Shown piece after piece: positions 41,365-49,522 of a stretch of DNA of 64,000 nucleotides. Location: contig CP136537.1 in assembly GCA_051016155.1 (NCBI GenBank), forward strand, positions 192,935 to 256,934, written 5' to 3'. The stretch's first letter is position 1; every line of letters starts with the position of its first letter. Both the position numbers and the translations under genes were made by a program. The notes below the pieces were generated by a model, which saw nothing but the letters and a program-made list of their open reading frames with translations, was not told the origin of the DNA and did no database searches. This stretch comes from Roseivirga sp. Its GTDB lineage: Bacteria; Bacteroidota; Bacteroidia; Cytophagales; Amoebophilaceae.

Positions 41365-43839
41365 TTGCTCGTATTTAGTCAGCTCCCAGCCATCACTGGA
41401 GGAAAAATCATTCAGTGCGCTACCGATAGGCCGATCGAGCACCTACTGCTGGATAGCAGAAAACTTGTGCTTGCTTCCAACAGCCTCTTTTTTGCCCTCA
41501 AAGGCCAGCGCCACGACAGCCACCAGTTTATCCCTGCAGTCTATGCACAAGGCGTCAGACAGTTTGTCGTAGAGCAGGAAGCCCCTGCTACCTACCAGCA
41601 GCTGCAAGGGGCGAACATCCTTCAGGTGCCCAACAGCATCGAGGCCCTACAGCAGTTAGCGGCCCACCACCGAAGTCAATATACCCTTCCTGTACTGGCC
41701 ATTACCGGCAGCAACGGTAAGACCATCGTTAAAGAGTGGCTCAGCCAGCTCTTGGCCCTCCAATACACTGTAGTCAAAAGCCCTAAAAGCTATAACTCTC
41801 AGACAGGCGTGCCACTTTCTGTGTGGCAGCTCCATGATACGCATCAGTACGGCATTTTTGAAGCAGGCATCTCCTTGCCTGGCGAAATGGCTAAGTTGGA
41901 ACAAGTGCTTCAGCCTACAGTGGGCTTGTTCACCAACATAGGCCCTGCACATGACCAAGGCTTTGCTACGCAGCAGCAGAAGCTGCAAGAAAAAGCCCTC
42001 CTCTTTAAAAATTGCCCTAGGATTCACTATTGCCTCGACCATACCCCTATCCATCAAGTGCTGCAAAAGCAATATCATGGCAAGGCTGAGCTGGTTACAT
42101 GGTCTTGGCAAGCCTCTGCCGCTAACTATCAGGTCCAAAGAAGGCTGTTGCCTACAAGTACCCAAACAGAAATCATCGTAACTACGCAGCAGCAACAGCA
42201 CACCTTCTTAGTCCCTTTCCAAGACGCTGTCTCGCTAGAGAACGTAGTCCATTGTATTGTTTTCTTGCTGCACGAAGGCTCGGATCCATCCCTGCTGCAG
42301 GCAGCCCTTGCCAAGCTCAGTGCAGTGCCCATGCGCCTGACCGTCAAGCAAGGCATCAACAACTGTCAAGTGATTGATGACACGTACAACAATGACTTGG
42401 TGGGGCTACAAGTGGCCTTAGACTTTATGGCACAGCAAAAGCAGTCCCTGAAAAGAACCGTAGTGCTATCTGACTTGCTACAAACAGGGATAAAGGCTGA
42501 AAAACTGTATCCACAAATCGCACAACTACTGCAGGCCAAGCACGTAGATCGGGTCATTGGTATTGGAGAAGAGATAACAACACAAGCAGCTGCTTTTGTT
42601 AAGCTAGAGGCACAATTTTACCCCCATACAGAAGCTTTCTTACAAGAGGCTGCTCAGCCCCCATTCAGCCATGAGCTAATACTGGTCAAGGGCGCCCGAC
42701 GCTTTGGCTTGGAACGCGTGGTCAATCGATTGCAACAAAAAATCCACAGCACAGTCCTTGAAGTCAACCTAGAGGCAGTCACGCACAACCTCAATTTTTT
42801 TCGTAGCCAACTGACCCCAGGCACTCGCCTGATGGCTGTGGTCAAAGCCTTGGCCTATGGCAGCAGTAGCTTTGAGATTGCCCACTTGCTGCAGTACCAT
42901 CGCGTGGACTACCTGGCCGTGGCCTATGCAGACGAAGGCGTATTGCTCCGAGAAAACGGCATCACCCTACCCATCATGGTGATGAACCCTACGCCAGAGA
43001 GCTTTGATAAGCTATTGGCCTACGACCTGGCGCCTGAGGTATACAGCTTAAAGCTACTGCAGGCTTTGCTTGATTTTCTGACATTCCAGGACCAACCTAT
43101 CGATATTCACCTGAAGCTAGAAACAGGCATGCATCGACTCGGTTTTAGTCAAAATGAGCTCGAAACGCTTGTCTCCTTACTGCGTGCCACGCCTCAGCTG
43201 CGTGTGGTAGGCATTATGAGCCACTTAGCGGCAGCAGGAGATGCTCAACAAGATGCTTATACGCAACAACAGTTGGCACTGTTCATGCGGCTAGCCCAGC
43301 ACATAGAAAAAAGCCTCAGCATACGTACCCTCAAGCATGTCCTTAATTCTGTTGGTACGCTGCGCTTTCCTGACTACCACTTGGACATGGTGCGGATGGG
43401 GATTGGTCTGTACGGCATAGGCATGGAGGCATTCACGCAGCAGCCCCTAGAAGTAGTTAGCACACTCAAAACGGTTATTTCTCAACTCAAAGTGATTCCC
43501 CCAGGCAGCACTGTAGGCTATGGCAGACAAGGCGTGGCTACACAAGAGATGCGCATCGCCACGATTGCCATTGGCTATGCCGACGGCTTTAACAGGGCCC
43601 TGGGCAATGGCCGTGGCCATGTCTGGATCAATGGCCATCGTGCACCTGTGGTGGGGCATGTTTGTATGGACATGAGCATGGTCGATGTGACGCATATTCC
43701 AGCCACTGAGGGCGATGAAGTCATCATTTTCGGTCCTCAACAGCCTATTACTGAGATGGCTGCTGCCATGCAAACCATTGCTTCTGAAGTATTGACCAAC
43801 ATCAGCGAGCGGGTCAAGCGGGTATACTATATCCCATAA
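41365..43839 (+). CDS. bifunctional UDP-MurNAc-tripeptide:D-Ala-D-Ala ligase (MurF) / alanine racemase (Alr) fusion
   Basis: The N-terminal half has the Mur ligase P-loop ITGSNGKT. The C-terminal half has VVKALAYGSS (PLP-Lys motif) and alanine-racemase-like MSMVDVT...ERVKRVY. This fusion is known in Bacteroidota. Confidence 0.9.
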   Translation: MLVFSQLPAITGGKIIQCATDRPIEHLLLDSRKLVLASNSLFFALKGQRHDSHQFIPAVYAQGVRQFVVEQEAPATYQQLQGANILQVPNSIEALQQLAAHHRSQYTLPVLAITGSNGKTIVKEWLSQLLALQYTVVKSPKSYNSQTGVPLSVWQLHDTHQYGIFEAGISLPGEMAKLEQVLQPTVGLFTNIGPAHDQGFATQQQKLQEKALLFKNCPRIHYCLDHTPIHQVLQKQYHGKAELVTWSWQASAANYQVQRRLLPTSTQTEIIVTTQQQQHTFLVPFQDAVSLENVVHCIVFLLHEGSDPSLLQAALAKLSAVPMRLTVKQGINNCQVIDDTYNNDLVGLQVALDFMAQQKQSLKRTVVLSDLLQTGIKAEKLYPQIAQLLQAKHVDRVIGIGEEITTQAAAFVKLEAQFYPHTEAFLQEAAQPPFSHELILVKGARRFGLERVVNRLQQKIHSTVLEVNLEAVTHNLNFFRSQLTPGTRLMAVVKALAYGSSSFEIAHLLQYHRVDYLAVAYADEGVLLRENGITLPIMVMNPTPESFDKLLAYDLAPEVYSLKLLQALLDFLTFQDQPIDIHLKLETGMHRLGFSQNELETLVSLLRATPQLRVVGIMSHLAAAGDAQQDAYTQQQLALFMRLAQHIEKSLSIRTLKHVLNSVGTLRFPDYHLDMVRMGIGLYGIGMEAFTQQPLEVVSTLKTVISQLKVIPPGSTVGYGRQGVATQEMRIATIAIGYADGFNRALGNGRGHVWINGHRAPVVGHVCMDMSMVDVTHIPATEGDEVIIFGPQQPITEMAAAMQTIASEVLTNISERVKRVYYIP

Positions 43840-43845
43840 GGGGCC

Positions 43846-43930
43846 ATTTGATGATTGGTTGATGGAGTGATTTACTGATTGCGTGATTTTGCGATTGGGT
43901 GATTATTCCTTGCGTGATTTTGTAATGGGG
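43846..43930. repeat. GTGATT-type repeat cluster
   Basis: atttgatgattggttgatggagtgatttactgattgcgtgattttgcgattgggtgattattccttgcgtgattttgtaatgg. Confidence 0.8.
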
Positions 43931-43941
43931 TTACTTTAGTG

Positions 43942-44290
43942 GGCCCTTAACAACTCAAATAATACTGCTTTTATAGCTATATGGCCTATTTTGTCTATAA
44001 AATAGGGCTCTTGTTCCATATCTCTGCGTACAGAATTGGCAAGGTTTGACCCAAGTTTGCCATTCCTTGCAAAAAATTACTTGGCGCAAAACCCGCCTAG
44101 GGCTGAGCAGCGTTAGCTTTTCAAGCGGAGGCACATAAAATATTCCTCTGTTTGAGAGCGCCCGAAGGGAGATCGAGTCAGGAAGATTTTAGGCCGAGAG
44201 CGCAGAAAAGGTAGCTGCGTGCCCTCAGCGGAGGGCTTTTTTGGTTCCTTTTTTGGGCGGTTGCCAAAAAAGGAACCCGCCGGAGGCAAA
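43942..44290 (+). repeat. dispersed nested-hairpin element, longest copy
   Basis: Aligns with 29175-29425. It also carries a perfect 14-bp hairpin ggttccttttttgg-gcggttg-ccaaaaaaggaacc at 44242-44276. Confidence 0.8.
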
Positions 44291-44463
44291 AGTTGACTAG
44301 GAGAAAAAGTGCTAAATATTTCATGGAGGCTGATGTCTACTGAGAATTCAACTGTTCTTATGGGTCAGCTATTTCAAGCTGAGAGACAGAATTTCTTACT
44401 ACCTTGCTTCCACTAGAATTTTCACCGTTCTGAATTCACTATCCAGCCGCTTGCCGTATTTGT

Positions 44464-45024
44464 ATGCTTCCTCCCCTCCCACCCCAAGAGCGCATTCTCC
44501 TGGGCATCGATCCAGGTACTACCGTGATGGGCTATGGTATCATTCAGCAAAAACAGCAGCGGCTAAGCGCTGTGCAGTACGGCGTCATCCACTTACATCG
44601 CTATACTACCCATGCCCTGAAGCTGCAGAAAATCTTTGAACGCGTCTTGAGCCTAGTAGATGACTTCCATCCTGATGAAGTAGCCCTAGAAGCCCCTTTT
44701 TACGGTAAGAACGTCCAGTCCATGCTGAAACTGGGCAGGGCCCAGGGAGTGGCTATGGCAGCTGCCCTGGCCCGAGAAGTGCCCATTACAGAGTATGCAC
44801 CACGCAGTATCAAGCAGGCCGTCACCGGGCAAGGCCAGGCTTCCAAAGAGCAAGTAGCCCGCATGCTGGTGTCACTGCTGCAGCTCAAAGCCGTGCCTGA
44901 CTTGCTCGATGCCTCTGATGCCCTGGCCGTCGCTGTCTGTCATGCCTACCAGGGTCGACAAGCCAACGCTAAGCCCACCAGCTGGAAACAGTTTCTACAA
45001 ACACATCCTAGGGTGATCGGGTGA
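44464..45024 (+). CDS. ruvC: crossover junction endodeoxyribonuclease RuvC
   Basis: ILLGIDPGTTVMGYGII, EAPFYGKNVQS, ASDALAVAVCH. Confidence 0.93.
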   Translation: MLPPLPPQERILLGIDPGTTVMGYGIIQQKQQRLSAVQYGVIHLHRYTTHALKLQKIFERVLSLVDDFHPDEVALEAPFYGKNVQSMLKLGRAQGVAMAAALAREVPITEYAPRSIKQAVTGQGQASKEQVARMLVSLLQLKAVPDLLDASDALAVAVCHAYQGRQANAKPTSWKQFLQTHPRVIG

Positions 45025-45032
45025 TTGCCTAA

Positions 45033-45056
45033 CTAGCGCGGAAGTTACTTCCGTAG
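45033..45056 (+). other. cassette-boundary motif CTAGCGCGGAAGTTACTTCCGTAG (contains the perfect palindrome CGGAAGT-T-ACTTCCG)
   Basis: It lies 9 nt after the ruvC stop. Its TAG is the in-frame stop preceding toxin cassette 1. Related copies are at 52746-52769 and the reverse complement of 60282-60305. Confidence 0.7.
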
Positions 45057-45066
45057 TAGGCAAGGG

Positions 45067-45591
45067 GTGTTTAACTTACGACTGCCTGACACTACCCGCC
45101 TTCTGCCGCCGATTACTGGAGAGATGCTCACCAGGGCGTTTAACATGGCCCTAGACCTGACGGTGCCAGGTAGTGAGGGGATTAAGATTCTCTTAGGCAC
45201 AGTAGAGCGCCCAGAGACGCTAGAGCAGTGTGTGGAGGCAGCTTTAAATACAGCTTTGGACTTTATCCCTATGGGGAAGGTCTTCAAGCAAGGCGCTGCA
45301 CTATGTAGTTTCTCGCCGAAGCAGGTCCTTAAACAAAAGCTGCGGGAGCTTCTTAAGAAGAAGGCAGGCAAGCCAGTAAAGGCGGCAGGACAGGTGCTAC
45401 AGTCTGGTGGGAACAAGCTATCGAAGCGTACACTGAAGGCCTTGGGACTGACAAAAGAGCAAGGTAAAGATGCGATACATGCGCTAAAAGATGCTTGTAC
45501 CCTTCCAAACGCTTTTCATGGTCAAATATTGGCCAACGGAAATTATATACACCCTCAAACAAAGCAGGTAATAGATAATTTGTTTAATTAA
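45067..45591 (+). CDS. polymorphic-toxin-like protein, cassette 1 (shared pre-toxin region + variable C-terminal domain, type A)
   Basis: GTG start. LPPITGEMLTRAFNMALDLTVPGSEGIKILLGTVERPETLEQCVEAALNTALDFIPMGKVFKQGAALCSFSPKQVLKQKLRELLKKKAGKPVKAAG is shared with cassettes 2, 2b (part), 3 and 4. The C-terminus GQVLQSGGNKLSKRTLKALGLTKEQGKDAIHALK...FHGQILANGNYIHPQTK is shared only with cassette 4. Confidence 0.7.
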   Translation: MFNLRLPDTTRLLPPITGEMLTRAFNMALDLTVPGSEGIKILLGTVERPETLEQCVEAALNTALDFIPMGKVFKQGAALCSFSPKQVLKQKLRELLKKKAGKPVKAAGQVLQSGGNKLSKRTLKALGLTKEQGKDAIHALKDACTLPNAFHGQILANGNYIHPQTKQVIDNLFN

Positions 45592-45619
45592 GTTAAATAA
45601 ACAGATAGCTTCACCCGTT

Positions 45620-46060
45620 ATGAAAGGAGATTATTATGTTAATAAAACTGAATGTTCATTTGGTTTCACCTCAGAGATAATAACCCCAGAAGAGTTTACA
45701 AAACAGATAGCCATAAAGCCTAGCAGATCTTTTAAAAAGGGCGAAGAATTTATAGTGAAACACTCAGGATCAGTGCTAATACGTCCTTGGCACCTTTGGG
45801 AAATTTCATCATCAGCTGTTATTAATGAGCAAGAATCCATACAACCCCATATTGATTACTTAAAAACAACACTCGCTGATAAAGTAGACATCCTAAAAAA
45901 GTATAAGGAAGATCCAAGCCTGGAGCTTAGTATATGGATATGGATTGAATCAGAGAATGCAGGCATGGGCTTTGACATCAGTGCCGAAGATATGCACTTC
46001 ATGAGTAAAATATGCAATCGCATTAGTTTCAGCCTACTGGCGACGGAAAATATAGAGTAA
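45620..46060 (+). CDS. immunity-like protein, DUF4279-like (cassette 1)
   Basis: 146 aa, AT-rich, starting 29 nt after the toxin stop. The pattern CSFGFTSEIITPEEFTKQIAIKPSRSFKKGE...HLWEISS...QPHIDYLK...LELSIWIW...GFDISAEDMHFMSKI fits my recollection of DUF4279 (PF14106). Confidence 0.65.
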   Translation: MKGDYYVNKTECSFGFTSEIITPEEFTKQIAIKPSRSFKKGEEFIVKHSGSVLIRPWHLWEISSSAVINEQESIQPHIDYLKTTLADKVDILKKYKEDPSLELSIWIWIESENAGMGFDISAEDMHFMSKICNRISFSLLATENIE

Positions 46061-46470
46061 AACCCTCATCAACTAGCGCAAGCAAACCTATAAAGCTGGT
46101 TCAAGCGTCCTCGCTTGGACCGCCAGGCACAGCACAGAGTTCCGTGACAATGGACGCAGCCCAGCGCTATATCAAAAGTCTCTATGCGGCCCCAGTTGGG
46201 AAGAGGCACAGGAGCTGCTGACCGGGGCTTTTAATCTGGCTCTGGACCTGACGGTGCCAGGTAGTGAGGGGATCAAGATTCTCTTAGGCACAGTAGAGCG
46301 CCCAGAGACGCTAGAGCAGTGTGTGGAAGTAGCTTTAAATACAGCTTTGGGCTCTATCTCTATGGGGAAGGTCTTCAAGCAAGGTGCTGCGCTGTGTAGT
46401 TTCTCGCTGAAGCAGGCCCTTAAACAAAAGCTGCGGGAGCTTATTCAGAAGAAGGCAGGCAAGGCAGTAA
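46061..46470 (+). repeat. conserved cassette leader + pre-toxin region, copy A
   Basis: About 90% nt identity (by eye) with 47793-48200. It begins aaccctcatcaACTAGCGCaagcaaacctataaagctg. Confidence 0.85.
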
Positions 46471-46706
46471 AGGCGGCAGGGAAGACGATAAACTTCGGTA
46501 GGATAAAGGTCCCCTCTGAAGTTTTTCACAAACAAATAAAACGGAACATTCTTAAAAGAGCAGGCAACTTTTCCAAAGTGGTTGGCAAGAATCCTGACGT
46601 CAAAATAATTGGCGGTAAAATCAGATTGACTGGAAGAGGCCCTTTTAAGGGCAAAAGCTTCAACACTGATTTAGATGTAACAGACTTCTTCGGAGACTTC
46701 CTATAG
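46077..46706 (+). CDS. orphan polymorphic-toxin module, cassette 2 (no canonical start codon before GTG 46254; C-terminal domain type B)
   Basis: The frame is open from the TAG at 46074-46076: RKQTYKAGSSVLAWTARHSTEFRDNGRSPALYQKSLCGPSWEEAQELLTGAFNLALDLTVPGSEGIK... The variable C-terminus after KAVKAAG is KTINFGRIKVPSEVFHKQIKRNILKRAGNFSKVVGKNPDVKIIGGKIRLTGRGPFKGKSF. Confidence 0.6.
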   Translation, partial: RKQTYKAGSSVLAWTARHSTEFRDNGRSPALYQKSLCGPSWEEAQELLTGAFNLALDLTVPGSEGIKILLGTVERPETLEQCVEVALNTALGSISMGKVFKQGAALCSFSLKQALKQKLRELIQKKAGKAVKAAGKTINFGRIKVPSEVFHKQIKRNILKRAGNFSKVVGKNPDVKIIGGKIRLTGRGPFKGKSFNTDLDVTDFFGDFL

Positions 46707-46708
46707 TA

Positions 46709-47074
46709 ATGAGTAATGGAAAAACGATAATGGAAAAAACAATTTACAGACTTCAAATAAGGTGTTCTACCGATGAACAAGTGAGGAAAGTTTCGAGCAT
46801 ACTCAACAGAGAGCCTGCAGAGCCAATGGGGAATACATGGCTCGAAGTTGAAGAAAAAAAGGGGGATGAGTACTTTGATTTTATAAATCAATTTTTAGAT
46901 ATCCTCGAAGGAAAGTATGAGCAATTACAGTCTGTCGGGGTGCATAGAGAAGACATCAGCGTATGGTTTTTGTACCAGTATGAGGATCAATGTAATATGG
47001 AGTTCTTACCAAGTGATCTAAAGAGATTAGGGACTAACCGAATCAGCCTCTGTATTTCTTGCTGGGCGTCTTAA
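46709..47074 (+). CDS. immunity-like protein (cassette 2), distant DUF4279-like architecture
   Basis: It starts 3 nt after the toxin stop, is 121 aa and AT-rich. ...DFINQFLDILEGKYEQLQSVGV..ISVWFLY...LKRLGTNRISLCISCW. Confidence 0.55.
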   Translation: MSNGKTIMEKTIYRLQIRCSTDEQVRKVSSILNREPAEPMGNTWLEVEEKKGDEYFDFINQFLDILEGKYEQLQSVGVHREDISVWFLYQYEDQCNMEFLPSDLKRLGTNRISLCISCWAS

Positions 47075-47146
47075 CTAACTATCTCAATTGGCGTAGATGT
47101 TTTTCGTTTGGGCCACAGTCTCCCGGCTGGCGCGGGTACAGAGTTC

Positions 47147-47550
47147 CCCATGGGGCAGATCTTCAAGTAAGGTGCTGCGCCGTGGAGTTTTTCCCCGAAG
47201 CAGGTCCTTAAACAAAAGCTGCGGGAGCTTCTTAAGAAGAAGACAGGCAAGGCAGTAAAGGCGGCTAGGAGTTCTTTAAAGACAATTATAAAAGGCAAAA
47301 ATCTACCTACGAGTGGGAAGATACGCTTTATCCCACGCAAGCCAGATATTCAATCAGGGCAGCTACTATCCAAAGACGGTGGTTTTATAGACAAATTTGG
47401 GAATGTGTGGAGGAGAGGCCTAAAGGTAATATTATTGGAGAACCACACTGGGATGTACAGCTATCTCCTACTGGCAAAAGACAGTTGGGGCACATGTCAA
47501 GAAGTGGTACACATATCAATGTGACTTTGGATGGACGGATCGCACACTGA
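47147..47550 (+). pseudogene. degenerate toxin module, cassette 2b (keeps only the last ~120 nt of the shared region; premature TAA and a frameshift; C-terminal domain type C)
   Basis: PMGQIFK*GAAPWSFSPKQVLKQKLRELLKKKTGKAVKAA then RSSLKTIIKGKNLPTSGKIRFIPRKPD...DKFGNVW. After a frameshift it reads EPHWDVQLSPTGKRQLGHMSRSGTHINVTLDGRIAH*. TAA replaces the CAA seen in the other copies. Confidence 0.6.
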
Positions 47551-47569
47551 AGAAACCTTGTCAATAAGT

Positions 47570-47791
47570 ATGAACTTACCTGAACTTTTTTGTGCTAAGA
47601 ATACAGTTCTTAAACTCAGAAAAAAAATTAACATAGTTGTAAACGAAAGTTCTGTAGTTCTTGAGCCAGGCACTCTTTTTCAAGTTAAAAATATTGTAGG
47701 ATATGGTTTTGATCTGATCTCTTTAGACACTAATCGCTATAAAATTAGGGTCATAAACTCAGATATGCCTCTGTATTTTAATAATCCTTAA
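47570..47791 (+). CDS. immunity-like small protein (cassette 2b)
   Basis: MNLPELFCAKNTVLKLRKKINIVVNESSVVLEPGTLFQVKNIVGYGFDLISLDTNRYKIRVINSDMPLYFNNP. AT-rich, starting 20 nt after the degenerate toxin end. Confidence 0.5.
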   Translation: MNLPELFCAKNTVLKLRKKINIVVNESSVVLEPGTLFQVKNIVGYGFDLISLDTNRYKIRVINSDMPLYFNNP

Positions 47792-47792
47792 A

Positions 47793-48200
47793 ATATTTCG
47801 CCAACTAGCGCAAGCAGGCCTATAAGGCTGATTCAAGCATTCTCGCTTGGACCGCCAGGCACAGCACAGAGTTCTGTGACAATGGACGCAGTCCAGCGCT
47901 ATATCAAAAGTCTCTATGCAGCCCCAGTTGGGAAGAGGCCCAGGAGCTGCTGATCAGAGCTTTTAACCTGGCTCTGGACCTGACGGTGCCAGGTAGTGAG
48001 GGGATCAAGATTCTCTTAGGCACAGCAGAGCGCCCAGAGACGCTAGAGCAGTGTGTGGAAGCAGCTTTAAATACAGCTTTGGACTTTATCCCCATGGGGA
48101 AGGTCTTCAAGCAAGGCGCTGCACTATGTGGTTTCTCCCTGAAGCAGGTCCTTAAACAAAAGCTGCGGGAGATTATTAAAAAGAAGGCCGACAAGGCGGT
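47793..48200 (+). repeat. conserved cassette leader + pre-toxin region, copy B
   Basis: tatttcgccaACTAGCGCaagcaggcctataaggctg..., aligning along its whole length with 46061-46470. Confidence 0.85.
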
Positions 48201-48465
48201 AAAGGGGGCTAATAGGGCAGAACACCAAGCTACTTTACCTCGTTCCGGGCTTATTCTGCAGACTGTTGGCGCAGCTTCTCGCTCTGAGATGTTCGCACGC
48301 CAACTAAATCTAAAAATAAATAATTTACCTACTAGGCAAGTGCTAAATAGCTCAGATGATACAGTGGAGGTTTTTGTGAGCAGGTTTAGGAAGTCTTCTA
48401 TTAGATCTCAATTGCCGGGTGAGTTTCTGAATATGACCTTAGAAGAAGCAATAATAAGACTGTGA
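47809..48465 (+). CDS. orphan polymorphic-toxin module, cassette 3 (no canonical start before GTG 47986; C-terminal domain type D)
   Basis: The frame is open from the TAG at 47806-47808, with the same 177-nt offset to the GTG as in cassette 2. The variable C-terminus after KAVKGA is NRAEHQATLPRSGLILQTVGAASRSEMFARQLNLKINNLPTRQVL...IRSQLPGEFLNMTLEEAIIRL. Confidence 0.6.
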   Translation, partial: RKQAYKADSSILAWTARHSTEFCDNGRSPALYQKSLCSPSWEEAQELLIRAFNLALDLTVPGSEGIKILLGTAERPETLEQCVEAALNTALDFIPMGKVFKQGAALCGFSLKQVLKQKLREIIKKKADKAVKGANRAEHQATLPRSGLILQTVGAASRSEMFARQLNLKINNLPTRQVLNSSDDTVEVFVSRFRKSSIRSQLPGEFLNMTLEEAIIRL

Positions 48466-48496
48466 GAAAACTATTGATTAACCAAAGATTCGTCAA

Positions 48497-48814
48497 GTGA
48501 TAGACAAAGACAAAACGATAATTGATTTTCTGCAGAAGGTACGTAGTAAACCAGACTTTGCTACTGTTGAAATAGTAGATTATTGGGACGGAGATTTGTG
48601 TGCCACAGGACTGAGAAAGAATGATCGGCTAGTTTATATCTCTACTTATGGATTCTGTAAGCAAAATATTAGAGATGACTCAGAAACAGAATATGACTGT
48701 GATTTCGAGATGTTAGACAAAAAAAACCTTGCCACTTTACGAGTGGTAAAAGAAATAAAAACAAAAGATAAAGAGTATTTATTTAAAGAAATAAAGAGGT
48801 TTTTAGGAGTTTAA
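48497..48814 (+). CDS. immunity-like protein (cassette 3)
   Basis: 105 aa, GTG start, AT-rich. ...FATVEIVDYWDGDLCATGLRKNDRLVYISTYGF... Not DUF4279-like. Confidence 0.5.
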   Translation: MIDKDKTIIDFLQKVRSKPDFATVEIVDYWDGDLCATGLRKNDRLVYISTYGFCKQNIRDDSETEYDCDFEMLDKKNLATLRVVKEIKTKDKEYLFKEIKRFLGV

Positions 48815-48976
48815 TATAGCCTTACTGTGAGCAGTTGCTGATTACGTCTAGCTATAAGTATTAATGGTGCTTAGGTTAGCGGCATTGGGATCCATATCAT
48901 ACAGCATACTTGGCCAAGCCAGGAGGCGGCAGCGCTCCAGAGGCTGACCCAAGATATTCAAAAAGCTACGACCTCT

Positions 48977-49510
48977 TTGACGGAGCTTTGCGACGCAGCT
49001 GGCTTGGCAATGCCCGACCTTACCAGTCCTCTGCCACCGATTACTGGAGAGATGTTGACCAGGGCTTTTAACCAGGTGCTCGACAGTACGGTCCCGGGCA
49101 GTGCATTGATCAAAGTCATGCTGGGTACGGCAGAGAGTCCGCAAACGATAGAGCAATGCCTACATTTGGCTTTGGATGTAGCGCTAGATTTGCTGCCTGG
49201 CGGCAAGCTCACGAAGCTATCGAAGAGCCCTTCTGTCAAGCTCGGATTGGCCAAGATGAAGAAGCTCTTGGGCAAGAAGGCCATGAAGAAGGCGACAGGA
49301 CAGGTGCTACAGTCTGGTGGGCATACGCTATCGAAGCGTACACTGAAGGCTCTGGGATTGACAAAGGGCCAGGGTAACGAAGCTATCCATATGCTGAAAC
49401 GCAACCGTAAGCTTCCTAATAATTTTCATGGTCAAATATTAGCTAATGGGGATTATATACATCCTCAAACCAAAGAATTACTAGGTAATATATTCGATTA
49501 CGTGAGATAA
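48977..49510 (+). CDS. polymorphic-toxin-like protein, cassette 4 (diverged pre-toxin region; C-terminal domain type A')
   Basis: TTG start, but the frame is open from 48875 (…QHTWPSQEAAALQRLTQDIQKATTSL...), suggesting a fragment of a longer gene. The C-terminus GQVLQSGGHTLSKRTLKALGLTKGQGNEAIHMLK..FHGQILANGDYIHPQTK parallels cassette 1. Confidence 0.65.
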   Translation: MTELCDAAGLAMPDLTSPLPPITGEMLTRAFNQVLDSTVPGSALIKVMLGTAESPQTIEQCLHLALDVALDLLPGGKLTKLSKSPSVKLGLAKMKKLLGKKAMKKATGQVLQSGGHTLSKRTLKALGLTKGQGNEAIHMLKRNRKLPNNFHGQILANGDYIHPQTKELLGNIFDYVR

Positions 49511-49522
49511 GTTCTATTAACT

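Noticed and set aside
41365-43839. The MurF-alanine racemase fusion as a novel gene fusion.
   Set aside because: This bifunctional arrangement is, to my knowledge, already commonly annotated in Bacteroidota. It is useful as a taxonomic hint but is not novel.
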